Below are positions 61,558-64,000 of a stretch of DNA of 64,000 bases, piece after piece. Origin of the DNA: Eledone cirrhosa (taxonomy: Eukaryota); contig OZ024750.1 of NCBI GenBank assembly GCA_964016885.1, positions 5,518,001-5,582,000 on the forward strand, given 5' to 3'. Numbering within the stretch: position 1 is the first letter of the stretch; every line of letters starts with the position of its first letter. The notes beneath the pieces are model-generated. The model was given only the letters and a program-made list of their open reading frames with translations, made no database searches and was not told the DNA's origin. Made by a program: the position numbers and the translations under genes.

Positions 61558-63788
61558 TATGTGTGACTATCTGTAAGTGTAACTGTGTGCGAGGATGTGA
61601 AAATATTGGAGAGAGAGAGAAAGCTAAAGAAAATCAATAGACAAAGAAACTTCTTACCAGCGTCGGCTTAGAGTTACGGCCCTTTATGTTCTGAGTTCAA
61701 ATCTCGCCGAGTTTAGCTTTGCCTTTTCATCCTTACATGGTCGGTAAAATAAAGTACCAGTAATGCACTGGGCTCGATTTAATCAACTTTCCACCTCCCC
61801 CCCACCTTCAAATTACTGGCTTTGTGCCAAATGGAGAAACATTATTATTCGGAGCGGTGGATTGGCAGAATCGGTAGAGGGTCGGACGCCATGCTTTGAC
61901 GCAGAGAGTTACGGCCCTTGCCATTCTGAGTTCAAATCCCGCGGAAGTTAACTTTGCCTTTCATTCTTACGGAGTCGATAAAATAAAGTACCAGTAATGC
62001 ACTGGGATAATTACTGGCCTTGTGCCTAAAGTAGAAACATTTATTATTCTTACCAACGTCAAGTTGTTTCTTTTTGACTTCAACGTCAGTGCTAAACTCG
62101 TCGAGAAGTTGTTTGTTTAGTTGATCCGATATTTCCCCCGAACTTACAAGCTGTTCAAGCAAATCACTGACCAATGTAACAGTATTCTGCAAGCTTTCTT
62201 TCTCTTCTTTTTCCCGCAGCAGTTTTTTCTCAGCTGCTGTCTGTCGAATTAACTGTCTTGTATCAAGATTCTGAAAAAAAAAAAGGGTGATGCAAGAATG
62301 AACAATCTAGTTATACTTATATGAAGTCGTCTGCTTCGAAAATGCCGAGACAAAGCGCTTATTACAGTTTCTAAAAGAGAGTTTAGAATCAGTTATTGTT
62401 ATTGAATATTGATTAGTTCCTTTCAACACCCTGTCACTTGAAAGTCATCTCCACCAACAACAACACCACCAACAACACCACCACCACCACCACCACCACC
62501 ACCACCAACAACAACACCAACGAGTACAAAACTGTTCTCAGCAATGCAGTGACGATAAATATGATTAATAATTGTTTCTACTTTTGGCACAAGGCCAGCA
62601 ATTTTCGCAGTGTATTACTGGTACTTTATTTTATCGACCCCGTAAGGGTGAAAGGTAAAGTTAACTTCGGCGGGATTTGAACTCAGACCATAAAGGGCCG
62701 TAACTCTATGCTGCAAAGCATGGCGTCCGACCTTCTACCGATACTGCCAATCCACCGCCATTATGATTAATATGATTAATAATAGTAATAATAATTGTTT
62801 CTACTATTACTATAATGATAGTAATAATAATGGTTTCTAATTAAGGCACAAGGCCAGCAATTTTGAGAGAGGGGAAAGTAGATTAAATTGACCCCAGTGC
62901 ATTACTAGTACTTTATTTTATCGGCGCCGTATGTATCCCACCTTCCAGAGGTTTCAAGTAGAGAATGTTTACACTCTTTCGTACGACACTATATCAAACT
63001 TTGGCCTTTGCAACCAGTTCTGGCCACACTGGGGCTATTTTATTTTACTACGAACTGTTCATTTGTTCTTCGCTCTCAGCTTTAATTGTCTTTTCATATG
63101 CCTCTGACATATTTACACTAAAGCAGCATTTTCTGTTTCTCTCTGAAGTTTGATAATCACTACTCTACTGTCCTTCCTAAGTTGAATACAAGCCAGATAG
63201 GGTATCATGGATTTGGCTACAAACTCACGACACCCTACCATCACCAAATAGGATTATTCACTGCTATCCTCGTGTCTCACCTGAATCTTTAAGTCCTTCA
63301 TATTTTAGACTCTCCTTTCACGTACCAACTCCATATAGTCCTCCTATAGAACATCTAACTCAACAATGAAGAGGTTTTTGTTTTGTTAAGTGGTGCAACT
63401 TGTTACTTATCGTATTTCCCGTTGTTGAAGGCGCTACTTTTTTCCTAAAATAAGTCTCAAAAATCTACCATGCGTCCTGGGGGCCGAAGGTTGTTTATTA
63501 TTTTTTTTTTCAAATTTTTGGTGATCAAAATTAGGGTGCGTCCTCGAGGACGAACCGTCTCCGGCGCCGGGAAATACGGTATTTGTTGCAGTATGACTTG
63601 GGAACACCTCTTCCAACTTAGCTAATCATTTGAGAGCATTGTACAGTCAACTAGAGATAGTTAAGCAGAGAGATAGATTACTAGTAAAATAAACAAAGTC
63701 TTGCCTGCATCATTTCCCTCTGGTTGGTGTCGTTCTTTTTCACAATCATTGATTCTGTTTTAATCAATTCGTTGTTTATTCTGTCAAT
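49616..63788 (-). CDS. Coiled-coil protein, EVC/EVC2 (limbin)-like; 3' 16 exons (615 aa in window), 5' end outside window
   Basis: Exons (5'->3') 63788-63705, 62270-62054, 61477-61323, 60472-60374, 59589-59448, 58848-58781, 57444-57335, 56651-56562, 56193-56100, 55046-54900, 54181-54119, 52873-52704, 51715-51653, 51170-51020, 50782-50692, 49719-49616 join into one stop-free frame (1848 nt with TGA). E/K/Q/L-rich helices. Segments LLEQLVSSGEISDQLNKQLLDEF, LILKEHQQKVVELSNQMELSRLK, IGKLEVGQARR and FLMQLAVISGLSKEEINTII resemble EVC-family proteins as I recall them. The gene structure is firm; the family name is tentative. Confidence 0.8.
50178..50408. mobile_element. TTAA MITE
   Basis: TTAACCCTTTAGCATTTA ... 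TAAATGCTAAAGGGTTAA. Confidence 0.87.
50692..50782 (-). CDS. EVC-like gene exon
   Basis: EQKQSFLMQLAVISGLSKEEINTIIEETIA. Confidence 0.88.
51020..51170 (-). CDS. EVC-like gene exon
   Basis: AATSVLLHTLLDKRHKNEMNALEKSMRLELETNRRDLYTSMEQQLNDKLM. Confidence 0.9.
51653..51715 (-). CDS. EVC-like gene exon
   Basis: QMEDKVDEKNPKELLKERGV; AAG acceptor, /gtaaga. Confidence 0.82.
52704..52873 (-). CDS. EVC-like gene exon
   Basis: EKFGHVINKPTPQKHVNHLVQQHQSNLMHIEEKH...QERIQQKHLK. Confidence 0.87.
53704..53895 (+). mobile_element. Nin-domain SINE
   Basis: Full head, core and tail; attattgtg on both sides. Two further copies at 54370-54700. Confidence 0.88.
54119..54181 (-). CDS. EVC-like gene exon
   Basis: VGQARRNVVLERQDKTLQRLQ; /gtaagg. 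Confidence 0.88.
54900..55046 (-). CDS. EVC-like gene exon
   Basis: ESKIEAAEKKLMSDNAAAVAKMKEVLLKETEILIEEQYEDLIAKIGKLE; /gtcagt. Confidence 0.87.
55130..55835. repeat. (CAT/CGT/GAT)n trinucleotide low-complexity block
   Basis: Directly visible. Confidence 0.9.
55838..56030 (+). mobile_element. Full-length young Nin-domain SINE with TSD
   Basis: attattatcgccatag on both sides. Confidence 0.92.
56100..56193 (-). CDS. EVC-like gene exon
   Basis: LQIQLNQRQNKLKQIQEENRNGNNRVSGEKL; weak acceptor chosen by phase, /gtaagt. Confidence 0.8.
56562..56651 (-). CDS. EVC-like gene exon
   Basis: NKDLILKEHQQKVVELSNQMELSRLKYEQ. Confidence 0.88.
56744..56799 (-). ncRNA. Minimal hammerhead-ribozyme motif, core-mutated
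   Basis: rc: ATGAC(A)TTC-CTGATGA-ttgcatactaat-TAAA-CAG-ttctagtc-CTG-TA-GAAGTCAT; GAAA is replaced by TAAA. Confidence 0.6.
56823..56999. mobile_element. Imperfect inverted-repeat element (MITE-like)
   Basis: gattattcgagacccgagaatacctgtaag ... cttacaggtatttccgggtctcgaataatc. Confidence 0.7.
57010..57323 (+). mobile_element. RTE-clade LINE 3' end with (GAA)n tail
   Basis: RITGQILGAKPTDRRPRGRP*ARWLDNI...ASDRTHWRG followed by about 24 GAA units. Confidence 0.8.
57335..57444 (-). CDS. EVC-like gene exon
   Basis: EKEKEKQEYETVHDAILTQQTSIVAKMLENNSSLDK; /gtaagt. Confidence 0.88.
58781..58848 (-). CDS. EVC-like gene exon
   Basis: ESKENFRKEQENLLNEKMKKRMK; AAG acceptor. Confidence 0.85.
59448..59589 (-). 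CDS. EVC-like gene exon
   Basis: QLSDSYAKQVQDVEVSLFENIK...QQKIS. Confidence 0.88.
60076..60124 (+). ncRNA. Minimal type-I hammerhead ribozyme (Penelope/retrozyme-like) within a 60025-60130 fold-back
   Basis: GCTTC-CTGATGA-tTTCtcccGAAt-GAAA-CAG-ttCTAGtc-CTG-TA-GAAGC: stem I 5 bp, intact core, stem III with palindromic loop, GUA cleavage triplet. Confidence 0.72.
60160..60263. mobile_element. Tiny Tc1-like MITE
   Basis: TA-CAGGGCGTCCCCCAAAATGTATACAC ... GTGTATACAATTTTTTGGGACACCCTG-TA. Confidence 0.82.
60374..60472 (-). CDS. EVC-like gene exon
   Basis: KYNSLLAKLNEEWEKEVKNLDQEEIISVESYLK; AAG acceptor. Confidence 0.85.
61323..61477 (-). CDS. EVC-like gene exon
   Basis: DAAQELTVLTNNLNQKRNEQLQKLEETHQ...NLDASLQ. 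Confidence 0.88.
61660..62048 (+). mobile_element. Two tandem Nin-domain SINEs abutting a splice donor
   Basis: Second copy about 61853-62048; its tail ends next to cttac (62049-62053). Confidence 0.88.
62054..62270 (-). CDS. EVC-like gene exon
   Basis: NLDTRQLIRQ...LLEQLVSSGEISDQLNKQLLDEFSTDVEVKKKQLDV; /gtaaga. Confidence 0.9.
62568..62759 (-). mobile_element. Nin-domain SINE (opposite orientation)
   Basis: Reverse complement of the family consensus; a further 3' fragment at 62825-62930. Confidence 0.88.
63408..63581. mobile_element. pogo/Tc1-type MITE
   Basis: TATCGTATTTCCCG ... CGGGAAATACGGTA imperfect TIRs; a related fragment may lie near 27600-27731. Confidence 0.65.
63705..63788 (-). 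CDS. EVC-like gene exon (GC donor)
   Basis: IDRINNELIKTESMIVKKNDTNQREMMQ; ttttag/ ... CAG/gcaaga. Confidence 0.75.
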
Positions 63789-64000
63789 CTAAAAGATAGA
63801 TAAAGAGTTTAGTTTTATAAAATATAATAGTTTCTGATTAAGGCACAAGGCCAGCAGCTATGGATTAAATATCCTCACCAACCTACAATTGGTCAAACGT
63901 GGTGAATACGGCTACATCACTGAATAAATGACAAAAACCAAACAGAAAGCGGTGGAGGTCAACCAGGATTGGTTTTTCTCTAACAGGAGTGATAAGGTCG

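Noticed and set aside
63050-63145. Purine-rich exon-like stretch on - (SEAYEKTIKAESEEQMN)
   Set aside because: Available splice sites give phases incompatible with the flanking phase-0 junction; not needed for the frame.

Overview
AT-rich, microsatellite- and SINE-dense eukaryotic DNA. The repeat families point to an octopod cephalopod (inference). Two convergent intron-rich genes were rebuilt by hand from splice sites and reading-frame phase. On +, a complete Xaa-Pro aminopeptidase 1 (XPNPEP1; 22 coding exons, 27178-44383, 616 aa, all five metal ligands present). On -, the last 16 exons (615 aa in-window) of a coiled-coil protein resembling EVC2/limbin, with a GC-AG intron; this gene continues beyond the right edge. 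The first 25 kb is mostly repeats and contains a 200-N gap. Repeats include Nin-domain, Meta-domain-like and other tRNA-derived SINEs; Tx1, CR1, RTE and CRE-like LINE fragments; Tc1/mariner, pogo-like and TTAA (piggyBac-like) MITEs; and minisatellites grown from retroposon parts. Most notable: (i) minimal hammerhead-ribozyme motifs of two families, each caught in a near-perfect fold-back palindrome; (ii) a young Tx1-like LINE apparently inserted twice into a (TATC)n microsatellite; (iii) a SINE module that has independently expanded into 48-49-bp arrays; (iv) inverted SINEs enclosing a single exon. Family assignments are from recognition of motifs, not database searches. Nearly all ORFs in the supplied track are repeat artefacts.
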